A stretch of DNA of 64,000 bases from Callorhinchus milii (taxonomy: Eukaryota). A program made the translations under genes and the position numbers. Position 1 is the stretch's first letter. Each line of letters begins with the position of its first letter. Below the pieces are notes generated by a model. It was not told the origin of the DNA, searched no databases, and saw nothing but the letters and a program-made list of their open reading frames with translations. The stretch lies in assembly GCF_018977255.1 (NCBI RefSeq), contig NW_024704759.1, positions 14,322,001 to 14,386,000 of the forward strand, read 5' to 3'. Shown piece after piece: positions 12,881 to 25,774 of this stretch.

Positions 12881-14020
12881 AATACACTACACCTGTACAG
12901 TCACAGGAAAGCTCTGCAAAGGACTTTTAGGGGCTGTATCAAACCCAAGGATTATTGTGATTTACATGCTGTGAGATCAGGGATTCAACTAAGCCACGTG
13001 CAAGAGAAAGCAAATACAACGGGCTATGTAGAAATTTGATATAAGGAATCATGGTGTGAGCATCCACAAAGCAAGATTCTCCCTAACCGTCCACTCTACA
13101 GTCAGGAAATAGACTTCAACATGCCTTACGAGGAACTTTAGGGTGTCAGATATCAACACTTGGGAACCAGCTCTATCCTTCACTCCCCCAGGGAACCCCA
13201 AAGACATCTAAAGACCTCAACGTTTCTTTCCAATTTCACGCACTTAATGGTACATTTAAAGCACTTATCAAATTGTCATAGATTGGGAGAATAAGAGTTA
13301 AAGGAGAAACCGCAGAGCCTGGAGAATGTGCAGTAGTGAAAGTGGTGGTTTAGTGTTTATTTCTGGCCCAGCACTCCTCCTGCTATTACAATGTGCCATC
13401 TGCGTTACATTCTAGGAAAAGGCCTGGCCAACCTCACTCCAGATGTGCTCTCGAACAGATTTATATAAAAAGAAAATACTGGGATTAAAAAAAAGCAGAT
13501 GTGAGTGTGTGTGTGTGCGCGCAGAGTAGAAAAGAATTTGTGCCATGTAGGGAGAGAGTTGAGAGGGCTATCGAGCACTGTGCCATGTGTTAAACTAGTC
13601 AGCCTCCAATACCTGTGGTTTTATGGCTATATACAAAAGATTTGACACATATGTTTTTTAAAAAAAAATACAGATTTGATTATTAAAAAAATTCAAAACT
13701 TTATATTGCTGATGGGTATTCATTGCAAAACCTGAGCTTCTTAAAGAGCCTGTCAGGATTGACAGAGGGATAAGTGTTTAAAGAAGTGGAACACACCTTA
13801 CACTAGTTTTATACTCTGTAGCTGACAGGTGTAACTTGTAAAACATAAATTCGCTCAACAACTTATTTATTGCAGTGACTGAATCCGTATTTCTATCAAA
13901 TAAATACTTGTCAGGTTTCATTAAAACAAATTCAAAGCGGCCACTTGCAAAAACCTCCGTATTCCTTGGGTTGAAATTTGCGTACCATTAAACAGAGGAG
14001 ACCTCACTCAGAACAGGACT

Positions 14021-14145
14021 TAGAATCATAGGATCACAGAATATTACAGCACTGAAGGAGGCCATTCGGCCCTTCGTGCCTGTGCCAGCTCTTTGGAAGA
14101 GCTGTCCGATCAGTCCCACTCTCCCGTTCTTTCCCCAAATCTTGC
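14021..14145 (-). mobile_element. CR1 LINE 3' end
   Basis: tagaatcatag...ttacagcactgaaggaggccattcggccc is the reverse complement of the CR1 3' UTR and ATTCTATG-type terminal repeat. The same motif occurs at 63271-63305. Confidence 0.75.
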
Positions 14146-14354
14146 TTCAATCACATTGTTTAAATGTTTCATTATTTAATCCTAAGGCTTCTGAGATGAA
14201 CTTCCTCAAAAGTTTATAGATGCCAGTCAAACGGAATAATTAAGTGGGAGATAGATAACTATTTGGGAGGCAGGGGAACCAAGGGATCTGTTGAAAGGGC
14301 AGAGAAATTACATTAAATGATATGAAGTTGTAGATCTACCATACATTGGTAGAG

Positions 14355-14575
14355 CCAGTTCACTGGGCTGAATGGTCTGTTCCTGTTCCAATCTTCTTAT
14401 GTTCTGACGGACGGCATAATCCCTCTCGACTCTCTATCCCCTCCTCGTTCCCTCCCTCCCCTCACCCTGACCAGTTCCCCCCTGCTTGGGTCCTAACCCA
14501 ACTGTGCAGCGCCTTAGGACGTCCTCCCGACGTGAAAGGCGCTCTATAAATGCAATCTTGTTGTTGTTGTTGTTG
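14355..14575 (+). mobile_element. CR1 3' tail followed by L2-type 3' tail with (GTT)n
   Basis: gggctgaatggtctgttcctg...ttcttatgttct, then gacgtcctcccgacgtgaaaggcgctctataaatgcaatc(ttg)n. Confidence 0.7.
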
Positions 14576-17500
14576 CACACTTTGGAACAGGGAAGGAGAT
14601 GGGTCACTGGTGTCGTGAAGAGCTGTAAAAGGATTAAATAAAATGGGAAATCGGGGAATGAAAAAATCACGGATAATGGGAGACACATCACACATGGAAG
14701 TTACTCAAAGCTGAGGTTTAGCCTCAACAGAATGGAAATTAACTCAAACCACTGAATGGAATTTTCCATTCCTGGCCCAGTCATTGTTTAGCTACTTTTT
14801 AAAAATAAAGCAACTCATCTACTTAGGATCTACAAGATATGAAGCCACAAGGAATGGCTTTCGACCTCTTGGGTGTGTGGGTATATATGTATATATATAT
14901 ATATAGACAGCAAAATGTCAAACCCTCCCAATATTTGATTCAACTACAATATGAGAACAGAAAAAAACCATTAATGCACTAACATGCTCCACGAGGTTTA
15001 CTCTGATTAGAGAGCAGCATTAAGTCAAAGAAGATAGAACGTTGGAAATGTGTTTGAACATTCATTGGAACATTCGGCATGTTTATATCTCTAAAAGCCA
15101 AAAAACAAGTTATATTCTTCAGGCCTGTCGCCTCAATATGCTTCTGATTTAACGTATGCGAGAAGTTCCAGGAAGTTGACTTTTAAAAGGAGTCAGGATT
15201 GTGTTTGTTCACAGCTGTTGCCTCAGTCTGAGATTCCACAAAGGAGGAGCTTGCTTGTCGATCCAAGAATACTTAGAAGGAGCGAATGGTTTTGTTAGAA
15301 ATTCCATGGTCCAGCGGTGAAACCATCTGGAGGCCGATAGACAAGAGCTGTCGAACGTATACAGAACGGAATGGATGCAAATACAAGAGTTGACCTGTGA
15401 CATTCATGGGTCACTGTTAGGTACTTGTAAATGTTTTCTGTTCTCTGATTCCAAGAAAGTGGTTTAACCCTTTTTGATGGCCTGTCCTATAAGAATCCAG
15501 GAATTAATGTTAAGGAGCACTTAAGAGGTACTGAAATGTTACTCCAGTAAGCGAGAGTAAACAGTGTCTGTGGAGTGATTTTCCCCTGATGGTGATCTAA
15601 GTTCCTACTCTTCCACAAACCATCCAGAACCTCGGCAATCAAGGATTGTCTGTGACTGAGATTGAGGTGACTGATGTTGTTGCTCACTCTATCTTACTAC
15701 CTTACCTCAGTTGTGCATTACATTTGATGGGTACTGCTTTGCGTAAAAGAGAACAAATTGGAAACCATTCACCTGGCCACATATAAACTCCCGCAGGGCA
15801 GGTGCCAAATTTCAAAACATTTGACATTTTTCGTATGTATTTAAATCTTGAAAATGAATCGAGCGATTTAAAGCCAGGTTCTGGCAAACGAACTGAAGGT
15901 CTTCCCTTTCAAATCGCAATTGCTTGGCTTGGAGCTGTTCCTGTTTACACAGAGCTTGCCAGAACATGCTGCGGGAAACTAATGTAAGAAGCACCTTATG
16001 TATCTGTTCATAGTGTGCTCAGCAAATGAACTCCAACAGGCACTGAATGAGCCTTGTGTTACCCATGCTGAAATGATTTGCTTCTCACTGTCAAATAGGC
16101 CATTGATTTTTCTGTTGATCTGGACACCTGCAGAATACAGTAGGTAGCTATTTACCAGGGCTTCAGTTCTCGCAGTGCTGGTGGTGAAAAGCAATTGAGA
16201 CTTTAGGTCTACACCGTAGCTTGTTTGTCAAATTGTAAAGTCTCACTTAGAAAATATAATTCACTTTCAGAGGGTAAAAAGGGAAGAAGGATTCCCCCAT
16301 GAACTGTACCAAAGAAACTCAAAATGTTTCTTCTCTCTCTTTCAGTGATCAGTGGTTTTGAGTCAACGACTACCAATTTTCTGACGAAAAGGCAAAAAAA
16401 GCAACCAAATGAGCCAAACCAAATATCTAATGGCTGTTTCTTCTCTTATGGTTTGGTTGGTGAAATAGGCAACACATGCAGTTCAGCACTGTGTAAGACT
16501 CATTCTTTTCCTCACTCAAACTAATATCCCTCTGAAGAATAGTTATATGGCTGGCCACTGTTTGCATCTGTGTTGAGAGAGCAAGAGCTCTTGATCTAAC
16601 ACATAATAAAGCAAGTTGAGACCAGTCTAGTTCAGCATAAAACACAGCCACCATGCTGCCTCTCTTTCTCTTTTCTCATTGAAACAGGTCGGGTGATTTA
16701 TACAAAGTCCACTTGGAACGCATTGATCATACTTGGGCCCATTCAACAGAACAGCGTTGAACAAGATGTTATTGAGAGCAAACTAGGAGCATGAATAAAA
16801 AGTGTGTTTTAACACCTGAATTTTGCATTGTCCCAGGGGTCTATTAAAGCCCTGCAGCCCAGCAGATGGAATCACTGAAACCAGAGAACACGCCCTCAGG
16901 AAACAGGACCATCAATCGTCTAGATAGCGCGTCAAAAGAAAAACAATGGTGATGATTGACATTTAGTACTCTCACCTCTTAATCCACATCAGACTGCTTT
17001 GAACAATGCCTCTACCTACCTAAGTGATTTATTCTAAGTGATTTATTCAGCGAGTTGCCAGGACTTGTACAAACAAAACAAATTAACGCCTGTGCCAACA
17101 CTTTCCAAAAGTTTCCTTTCAAACACTCCAGCTTTAATCCTATGGGACTGAGACAATGACAAGCTGAATTCCCATTCCAAAATAAACATTGTGTCCACAA
17201 TGGGCCCTCATCATATTTCATATTACCTGACAACTGCCTGTTAAATAAGGAAAAGATAGAGGCAGGTGACATGGGAATTGCAGGAGTTGCTTTCTCCTGC
17301 ATCACCTCCGCTGACTCTTATTCAGCTTTAAGAAACTGAAGCGATTCTGCTAAACTTTACAATCTGTGTTTAACATGTTCCCATTCCTAATACAATTAAC
17401 CCTACAATAAGAAAAGTTTGTTAAGTCCATCATGCCTGCTCCTTTCCAAATTGATATACCGGTTCCATTAACCTAACTGTGCAATGTGCTGTGTTCCAAA

Positions 17501-18479
17501 GATGCCTTTCTATATCTTCAGCATCCATGCGTTTTCATATACATCTATGAGCAATCAAGCAAAAATGGTTGAGAGAAAGGTGAAAGAGCTTCACCATCCA
17601 TGTAACCCATTGATATCATTGAATAAGTACTGTCCTGAAACTTGGGTGCAGTATAACTTTGATATTGTTTTTTTTGGGGGGAGGGGATATATTGAAAGTT
17701 AAAAGTCATGGGGTGAAAAACCCGACATGTGATATGATAATTATCATCAGCAATCGTTCGCACATCCCATTCCGCATTGTTCATCTGCATGATTATATGC
17801 TTTCCTTTGAAGATCCCAGTCTCTGTTGTTGTATTTGAATTGGCTTCACTTTAATAGGTTTGTTCCCATTGATTCCTTTTACAATAAATGGAGTGGGACC
17901 TCAGTTATTTTATTACTGCAAGCCACCGAGGCCTCGCTATTATTAAATAGGACCAGATCAGCTGTTTCAACTTATATTAAGATATGATTAACTGAGAAAT
18001 AGGACTTTGTCTCATTCCTGAAGAACACTGTCAACAATAAAATTAGCACATAATAGAAAACATCTTCCCCTGTGGTAAACTGAAACTGAGAATCAGCAGT
18101 AAATATCTTCGTTTTTTGGACCTGAAATATGTCATATAGGACAATGCAGTAGACATTTGGTATTGATTATCAGGGGATAGAAATGGTCATCTTATTTATT
18201 TTTGTTGGGAGCTTTTTCTGTGCTCCTTGTTTTTTTCTGACGGGGGGGGTGGGGGGTGGGAGAGGGGTGGGGGGAGTCAAATGGTTAAAGAGTCGGAGGA
18301 ATTGTACAGAGGGGTGGGAGGGTTTTACCCCAATTCAGTACAGGACAATTGCAGTTGGCAGGCGGCAGGCACTCAGCGCTAATATCACTGTCACGCAACT
18401 GGGAACGGTCTGGAACAATCATCCTCTGGGAGGTGAGGGGGCCTACTGACTAGATAGCTGCGGGTTTGGATTGGGGAGG

Positions 18480-18570
18480 GATAGGGTCCAAAGGTGGGGT
18501 AAGATGGCCAAAGCCGCGGTCAAAGAGGAAGGTCTCGAGACAGACTTGGAAGGAGGTGGGGAGGGGTGTT
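18480..18570 (-). mobile_element. L2 LINE 3' fragment
   Basis: Minus strand encodes SFQVCLETFLFDRGFGH, similar to the L2 FKxxLKTxLFxxAF terminus. Confidence 0.6.
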
Positions 18571-19136
18571 GGCGAGGCTTTTTCTTTTACAGCGTTTGTT
18601 TTATGCCCAGGCAAAAAAATAAAGCCCTGTAGAAGGTTTTACGTTGTCAATAAAGCCACATGCTGCTGAACTCATAAAACTCCACCATGAACTGCTCTGG
18701 CCATCCTGATGGAATTTTGCACCCCAAGTCTCCCGGGGCTATGATTGTTTCATGGAGGAAGGACAGATGACCTGACCTACTCGCAGACTTCTGCCAATGC
18801 TGTCCCGCCGCTCCGTAGCCATCCAGCCAACACTGTAACATGCACGAGAGTGGTCCTGGGGGAATGGTTCAGATTTTGTTTCCTCTTCCCCCAGGGGAAG
18901 TACTTAACCTTCGTTGCAACCCTCCCACGGCTGTGATCAGAAGCAGTCATTATTGTCGTGTCAGTGTTTGTGTTGCCTTGGTTTAAGATTCATTCATTGT
19001 TGCAGGAGTGCTTGGAGTCTGAGAAGCTTGACTCACTACCTGACCCTCCAATGTTAACCACTGCCCCAAAGTAACAAGATTACCAAACACCAGTCTGATT
19101 ATTTGACCCACTCATTTCATCGGAAGCGCCTACAAA

Positions 19137-19250
19137 AACATAATAATAATCCTTAATTTGATACAGCGCCTTATCACGTGTTCAAGACATCTCAAAGCAT
19201 TTCACAGAGTATACTGTAAAGTGGATTGACTGTGTGTTTTTTTGTGCCCA
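19137..19250 (-). mobile_element. young Deu-SINE 3' fragment
   Basis: Reverse complement of the family tail (taataatcctt...gatacagcgccttatcacg...ctcaaagc). Confidence 0.85.
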
Positions 19251-19728
19251 TCAATTCTCCGAGGAATCCTCCATACAATTGTTTCAATATCCACTCCTCA
19301 TTTTACAAACTCCTGGGTGACACCTTGGCTTCCTGGAGATAAGAATAATTATTATTCAGATTCCTGGTGTGGGTGGAATGTAATAAACTGTACAGAATAA
19401 TTTACTGCAGCAAATTCTAATATACAGTAGAGCGCATCTGTAATTTATGGTGGCCATTCATCTTAACAAGCCATATCCTTTGGAGAGCTACCAAGCAAGT
19501 AACCCTTACCGCTGTTGAATAAACAGGATATCTACAAAGTAACAGAGGGAACGGAAGCCTTAGAGGGCTGAACAGCAATTCCACACAGTAACACGGTTTG
19601 TAAGCTTCACCTTGCTGAATAAACAGGAGCCCAATTCAGTTATAGGTGTCATGTTAAACAACCAATGCTGAATATCACAAAGCAACTTTACTACATTAGC
19701 ACAAAAGTGCTCTTAGTATATGAAGTTG

Positions 19729-20104
19729 GAGTCTTGTAGCACATTGGTGAGAGCACTTGTCTCACAAGCAAGAGGTCTTGGGTTTGATAACCGGGCAGGG
19801 CGGAACGGTAGATAAGTTTCCTTACTCCACACGTCTCTGTTTACCTAGTGGTAAGTAGAAACACAGTCATTAGTCGATTGGCGGATTGCTTTTCCAGGGG
19901 TAATAATTCCTTAAAAGAAAAGAAAATTTGGTTGCTCAATCCACAACTGTTTATGGGACGCTGCTGTGCATAATTAGCTCCCGCTTTTCGCCCACAAACC
20001 AAACAGTCAATTTACTTTACAGTATATTCTGTGAAGTGCTTTGAGACGTCTTGAAGACATGATAAGGCGCTATATCAAATGCAAGGATCATTATATTATT
20101 ATTA
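19729..20104 (+). mobile_element. full-length young tRNA-derived Deu-SINE
   Basis: tRNA-like head with A/B boxes, aagtttccttactccacac linker, Deu block, and atcaaatgcaagg(att)n tail. Confidence 0.9.
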
Positions 20105-20621
20105 AGTTTATTGCACAGCTCAACCCTATGTTTTGCTATTAAACATTATTCAAGTAAAATTTGCTCCATGCTATGCTCATCACTTTATAAAAATGCCCTG
20201 TGGTCCTCAAATGGTTAACGAGGCAAGCTTGCATTGCTTGTGAATCTCACTATTCGGCAGTTCCCGGGATGTTCACATTCGTGCTACGAACCTCTATTTG
20301 GCAAGCTGATTACTGGAAACCCAGCCCGATATCCATTATTTGTCCTATGAGGAGCGGAGACATCATTATTTTCCTGTGTTTGTGAAAACATTTACCTCCT
20401 GCTGGATAGCATTAGATAACAATCAGTTTAAAGCAAGCACCAAGCTGCAGGAAGCCCATTTGGCCCCTGACAGATCTGCTGTCATTTCTAAAGAGGCTGC
20501 CGAGGCACTCGGTCCATTTATACCAGCGCCAACGTGTTGATATAACTCTGAATTCAATGCACGGGATACTGTGCAGTAGAGTATTGGAAGGGCTTTGCTG
20601 TGGGTCATATCATTCACTTCA

Positions 20622-20957
20622 GGGTTGTTTGTTTGTGGGACAATTGCTCTGCGCAAATTGGCTGTCATGTTCACCTACAAAATATACAGTCGCTGCACTT
20701 GCCAGTGAAATCCTGCGAAGCGCCTCGAGACATGTCGTTGCCATGAAAGGGGTTATATCAAATGCTATCCTTGTGGAAAACCAGCTTCTAAATGCAGACT
20801 GAATTTAAGAATCTTCTACAATTCCACACAATCCTTAACTTCGCCCACAAATATACAGTCAATTCACTTTACAAACTATTCTGTGAAGCGCTTTGAGACA
20901 TCTAGAAAATGTGAAAAAGCGCTGTATCAAATGTAAGGATTATTAGTATTATTATTT
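20622..20957 (+). mobile_element. two tandem Deu-SINE 3' fragments (~20622-20770, ~20840-20957)
   Basis: Each matches the family body and tail. Confidence 0.8.
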
Positions 20958-21168
20958 TAAGGCAAAATGGTCGGACAGGCTGAAACTGGGTGAAATTTTA
21001 TGCAGCACCAAATCGATTGCCAACACTTGAATTTATCTTGACTTTCCTCTGCTTTAAATTCCAAATAGGGTTGTGAAGTGATACCTGGAATCACCTGATC
21101 AGACACGCCTGCTTATTCAGAGAAAGCTTTTCATTGTTGACTACATCAGATTATTCAATTTATTCATT

Positions 21169-21280
21169 TAATAATAATAATAATCCTTGCATTTGATATA
21201 GCTCCTTCGAGATTTCTCAAAGCGCATCACAGAAGGTACTGTCAAGTGAATTGACTATATTTTGTGGCCGAAATTTACAG
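21169..21280 (-). mobile_element. Deu-SINE 3' fragment
   Basis: (taa)n ccttgcatttgatatagc...ctcaaagcgc. Confidence 0.85.
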
Positions 21281-22464
21281 CCATATGGTCATCGCTTCTG
21301 AAAACATTTTTGCGCTGATTAATAATTGAGATTTTTTCTTTAACAACCGCACAATTAGCTCATCCGTTACCCTTTACAAACGGAATCAGAGACCACCCAT
21401 CACAATGAGGCATCTTATCCCCAGGCTGCTACTAAATCAGAAAGAGCTGCAAGTGCTTTCACAGGCCTGGCTTCACCCTGTACGTCTATCAAGTAATGTA
21501 TTGAAAGGAAGCCATTGAGCTTACTAATGGTTATTTCATGTTTTAATGGATCCTCTCCCTAAATCGTGTGATTTCATTGATCTCTTGGAGGATGAAAGGA
21601 GACTTTATGCAACTGAGAGACAGAACAGGGGGTTTGAGGATGATCTTTCAATAATCCATCTTTTTGTACCAAATTGCAAAAAAAAATAAACCCCCCACGA
21701 ATATTGTGGCTTCCTGCGCCAGCCATTCTTGTATACGTCAACTGATATGTTTCCTTCTGCTTCAATCCAGTGCTAACGACTGTGCTTCCAATCCTACAAA
21801 TCCAGGTCATCGTACAAAGGAAGGAAAACAAAGCACAAGTGAGACGTGCGCTGACAATTCACGGGGAAGAATATATGTCAAACAACAACTATTACTTGAC
21901 TGATGCAGAATGTCTTACTGTCACAGAATGTCATGCTGTCCCAGAATACAGTTTCTTGCGGAAATGAAATGTCACACTGATCCAATATGTCTCACTGTCA
22001 CACAGTGACACACGGTACAGAATGAGTCACTCACAGAATGCTACATTATGGGGTATAAAAATGCGACATTCTCAAACCGGATTTGTGGTATCGACTGCGG
22101 ATATCGAATTGCATGATTTGCATGAAATTGGCGAAATGCCAGTCAGCAAAATCTAAAATAACAGCATCAAGTAAAACGTGCTCGCCAGCCATAACTTGCC
22201 ATCTGCTAACTTGTAATTTGCCATTTGGTTAGCCTTACATTCTGATATTCACGCATTGATATAAAAATACCCAGTTTACATACATCGTTTCACCCACAAA
22301 ACACAGTCACTGTGCTTTACAGTATATCTTGTGAAGTATATCTTTGGGACTCACGTATCAAATATTAAAATGCATTAATATATTGGTCATGTGGTGATTC
22401 AAAATGAAGTGTTGAAGTAGAACGTTCTTAAATAAATTCAAACCGTGTTGTAATTGTAAGACAA

Positions 22465-22628
22465 ACGGCTGTTTGTGGGGACGCTGCTGTGCGCAGTTGG
22501 CTGCCGCCTTTCGCCCACAAAATATATACAGTCAATTCACTTAAAGTATATTCTGTGAAGCGCTTTGAGACGTCTCGAAGATGTGACAAGGCGCTATACC
22601 AAACGCAAGGATTATTATTATTATTATT
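22465..22628 (+). mobile_element. Deu-SINE 3' half
   Basis: Family body plus (att)n tail. Confidence 0.9.
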
Positions 22629-22756
22629 TCAATAAAATGTTCCCAAAAAATAAGTGTGCACGCAGAAAAGCAGTGACCACTGAACATGGGACTGTGCACT
22701 GAGCACGGCGTGAAAGGCAAACGCAAGGCAAATGGTATACTAAATTGGCACACATT

Positions 22757-23020
22757 GATGCAGAAACAGGATGCAATTAAGGCAACCCGTGCACATACAG
22801 AAATACGATACGCCCTGCTTTGTATTAATGAAAATCAAACCGATACAGAAATGAGACACGTGCTACTCAATAAACAGGATGTTACCCTAATACAGTAAGC
22901 AAGATACACAATGATACAATAAACAGGATACAAGCTGTTTCTGTAAATGGGCCACATGCTGATACAAAGTGCCTCGACACTGATTCGGTAAATGGAAGTC
23001 ATGCTGATACAGTACATTGA
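22757..23020. repeat. degenerate 24-bp minisatellite
   Basis: Consecutive 24-mers tactcaataaacaggatgttaccc / taatacagtaagcaagatacacaa / tgatacaataaacaggatacaagc / tgtttctgtaaatgggccacatgc. Confidence 0.75.
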
Positions 23021-23254
23021 GATGGAGTAGACCGTATTCCTTATCATGCTGTGATTAGAAGAACCGATTAAGGCGATGTGTGCACTGGGAATAGGGACAG
23101 AGAGAGAGAGAGAGTGAGAGAGAGAGAGAGAGAGAGTATGGATATTGGTTAAAGCTTTCGAATAGGAATTTCTAGCTCTCAACCTAAAGCAAGGAGATAC
23201 AGCACAGAGTGTCGCAGAAGCCATGCCTCCAGTTCATATCTTTCAAGGGCAGCT

Positions 23255-23357
23255 TTCACAGATCCCTGTTCACATTCAAGGACTTTTATCCCATTCCCCC
23301 AAGTTCACAGATCCCTGTTCACATTCAAGGACTTTTATCCCATTCCCCCAAGTTCAC
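23255..23357. repeat. perfect 49-bp tandem duplication
   Basis: 23255-23303 equals 23304-23352, followed by a 5-bp ttcac remainder. Confidence 0.95.
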
Positions 23358-24339
23358 TTATGGCCAGAAGCCCCTGAAACAAGTTGAGTTGAACCAATAA
23401 ATGGATGAAACTATCTCACACACATCCTAGGTCCAAAGTCATTTGACAGCTGAGCAGGGGGAAATCTCTGCTAAGACATAGGCACAGGATACTCCCAATA
23501 CTAATGTAATGGGGGGTTGGTTAGATTTCAATTTAGCATTGGGAGATAAATACCCCATGTGTTAGCTTACACCAAATGCTGTTGGGAAGTATTGTAGATT
23601 CCATTTTTTTCTATGCTGGTCTGCAACGGTCTAGTTTGGGAGTGGGAGGGTGGGGGGGGAGTGGGGGAACTACCTACCTGTGCTTTATAAAGCTTTCCAA
23701 GGTTCGCTGGAAGTTCAAACGACCTGAGGGAAATAAAACGAGCAAAAAAAAAAATCTGATATTGATAAAGCTATAGAAATAACTGATACATGGCTATAAA
23801 CCTCTGGTAATGGTAATAATGGAAATTTGGCGTTAACTGACATACAGTAACAATAACTCATCTATAGAAATAATGGATATGGAATAACTCAAGTCACATT
23901 ACACCTCCCATTATACTAGACTGCACTCACTGACATTTCACTAAATCTGCACAGCCTAGAGCTTGGAGCAACGAACAAATTAATTTCAAGTCTTTTAAAA
24001 AAAAGTCTGAAAAAATATGTGTTATGTAACTGGAATACAATGCGGTTTCTGCAGGATAAACCACTCCGCCCGCTCGGACTATAACTCACTCACGTTGTAG
24101 CCCTACAGCACTGGCTGGTTTCAAGGTGGCACCATTTGGTGGCTTGTTTTATGTAAATCATAACTGCTTGTGATGCATCTTTCACATCTATTACCAGTTA
24201 CACAGCAATTGCCCAACATTACTCTTAGTGCAATTGTGTGGTTGCAGGTCATTTCATTTCATCCATTGCGTTTCTGAAGGTTTTCTGTACCTGATACATT
24301 GCTAAAACCCACCACCGTGGTATACACTCAGAATTAAAA

Positions 24340-24522
24340 TAATAAAAAAATCCTTGCTTTTAATACAACACCTTATCACGGCTTCGAGACGTCTCAAAGC
24401 GCTTCACAGAATATACTGTCAAGTGAATTGACTGCATATTTTGTGGGCGAAATGCAGCAGCCAATTGTGCACAGCAGCGTCCCCACAAACAGTTGTGGGT
24501 TAAGTGACCACATTATTATTTT
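24340..24522 (-). mobile_element. Deu-SINE 3' half
   Basis: Reverse complement of the family body and tail. Confidence 0.9.
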
Positions 24523-25451
24523 TTTTAAGAGATTGTCAACCCTGGAAAATATATTTGGGTCTTTTGGACGTCTGACAAATGCTGGAGAGTATCTAAACCA
24601 GGCTGAGAATTCCACATATGTACACCACCTACACTGGGAAATTGCCCAATATCTGGAATGGAACACGCAATCTACTTACCTAATTGCGGAGAACATTTGG
24701 GGCAGATTGGTACGAGCCAAGGCTTGCTTGGCGGGGACCCCAGAGCATGAGTTGTTGGTGTGGGGGGGGGCACGGGTGGAGGGTAACTGCTGGATTTAAT
24801 TCTCCGGCGTGCTCCAGCTCCCTTCTGCCACTCAGATTTTTCACAAGGGGCATTAAGAGAAAAATCAATTTGCTCGCATTTTTCTTTAATAAAAATTCAT
24901 GAGTGACGGCTGGCTCTGCCCGTAAGAAACACACAAGTTCAATCCAACTCCATCTGCCTGTGTCACTAGAGTGTAACGGCTGTATGGTGTTATTGAACAT
25001 TACTGTGAGTTAGTTTCACAGCTGCATGTTGAATATGCTTCAGTCGCCATCATTTCAGACACTGTCACTTGGAGCAGTCAATACGGCATCTATCACATTA
25101 AGTAATGGCAAGGCAAAGAAAGCCTTAGTGTGTGGTATGACCTTGAATCACTGCCTGCTCAGGAATGCTGGGTGGATGACAGAATATATGCACCAGCCTG
25201 GAGTGTGAACAGCAACAAACTGTATTTTCTTAACATGCTTTTTTTGAAAGCTGCAAAGACTGACCAGTGCGTGACAGGGTTCCATTAAAGTTCCAGATTC
25301 ATTTGTCTACAAAATACACAGTCGCGACACTTTACAGTGAAGCCCTGTGAAGCGCTTTGAGCAGTCCTCCCGCCGTGAAAGACGCTTTGTTCAAATGCGA
25401 GGATGCATTACAAATGCATTATTATTAGGTTATATAGAGGTAGTAGAATAG

Positions 25452-25774
25452 TAATAATATAATAATAATCCTTGCATTTGATATAGCGCTTTTCACGTCT
25501 TCGAGATGTCTCAAAGCGCTTCACAGAACATACTGTAAAGTGAATTGACTGTATATTTGTGGGCGAAATGTGGCAGCCAATTGCGCACAGCAGCGTCCCA
25601 CAAACAGCCGTGGATTGAGTGACCGAATTATTATTATTATTATTTTCTCTTGAGGGATTATTATCAGGTGTGTGGAGTAAGGAAACCTGCCCAAAATTTC
25701 GCACTCTGCCGGGAATCAAACCCAGGTCTCTCACTTGTGAGACAAGTGTTCTAACCCTTGAGCTACAGGACTCC
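25452..25774 (-). mobile_element. near full-length young Deu-SINE
   Basis: Minus-strand head ggagtcctgtagctcaagggttagaacac...gggtttgattccc, body and (att)n tail. An older + tail fragment lies at ~25295-25410. Confidence 0.9.

Noticed and set aside
17255-17310. Hairpin tgcaggag/ctcctgca with outer aggtga/tcacct
   Set aside because: The stem is too short and asymmetric for a pre-miRNA, and I recognise no known mature miRNA.
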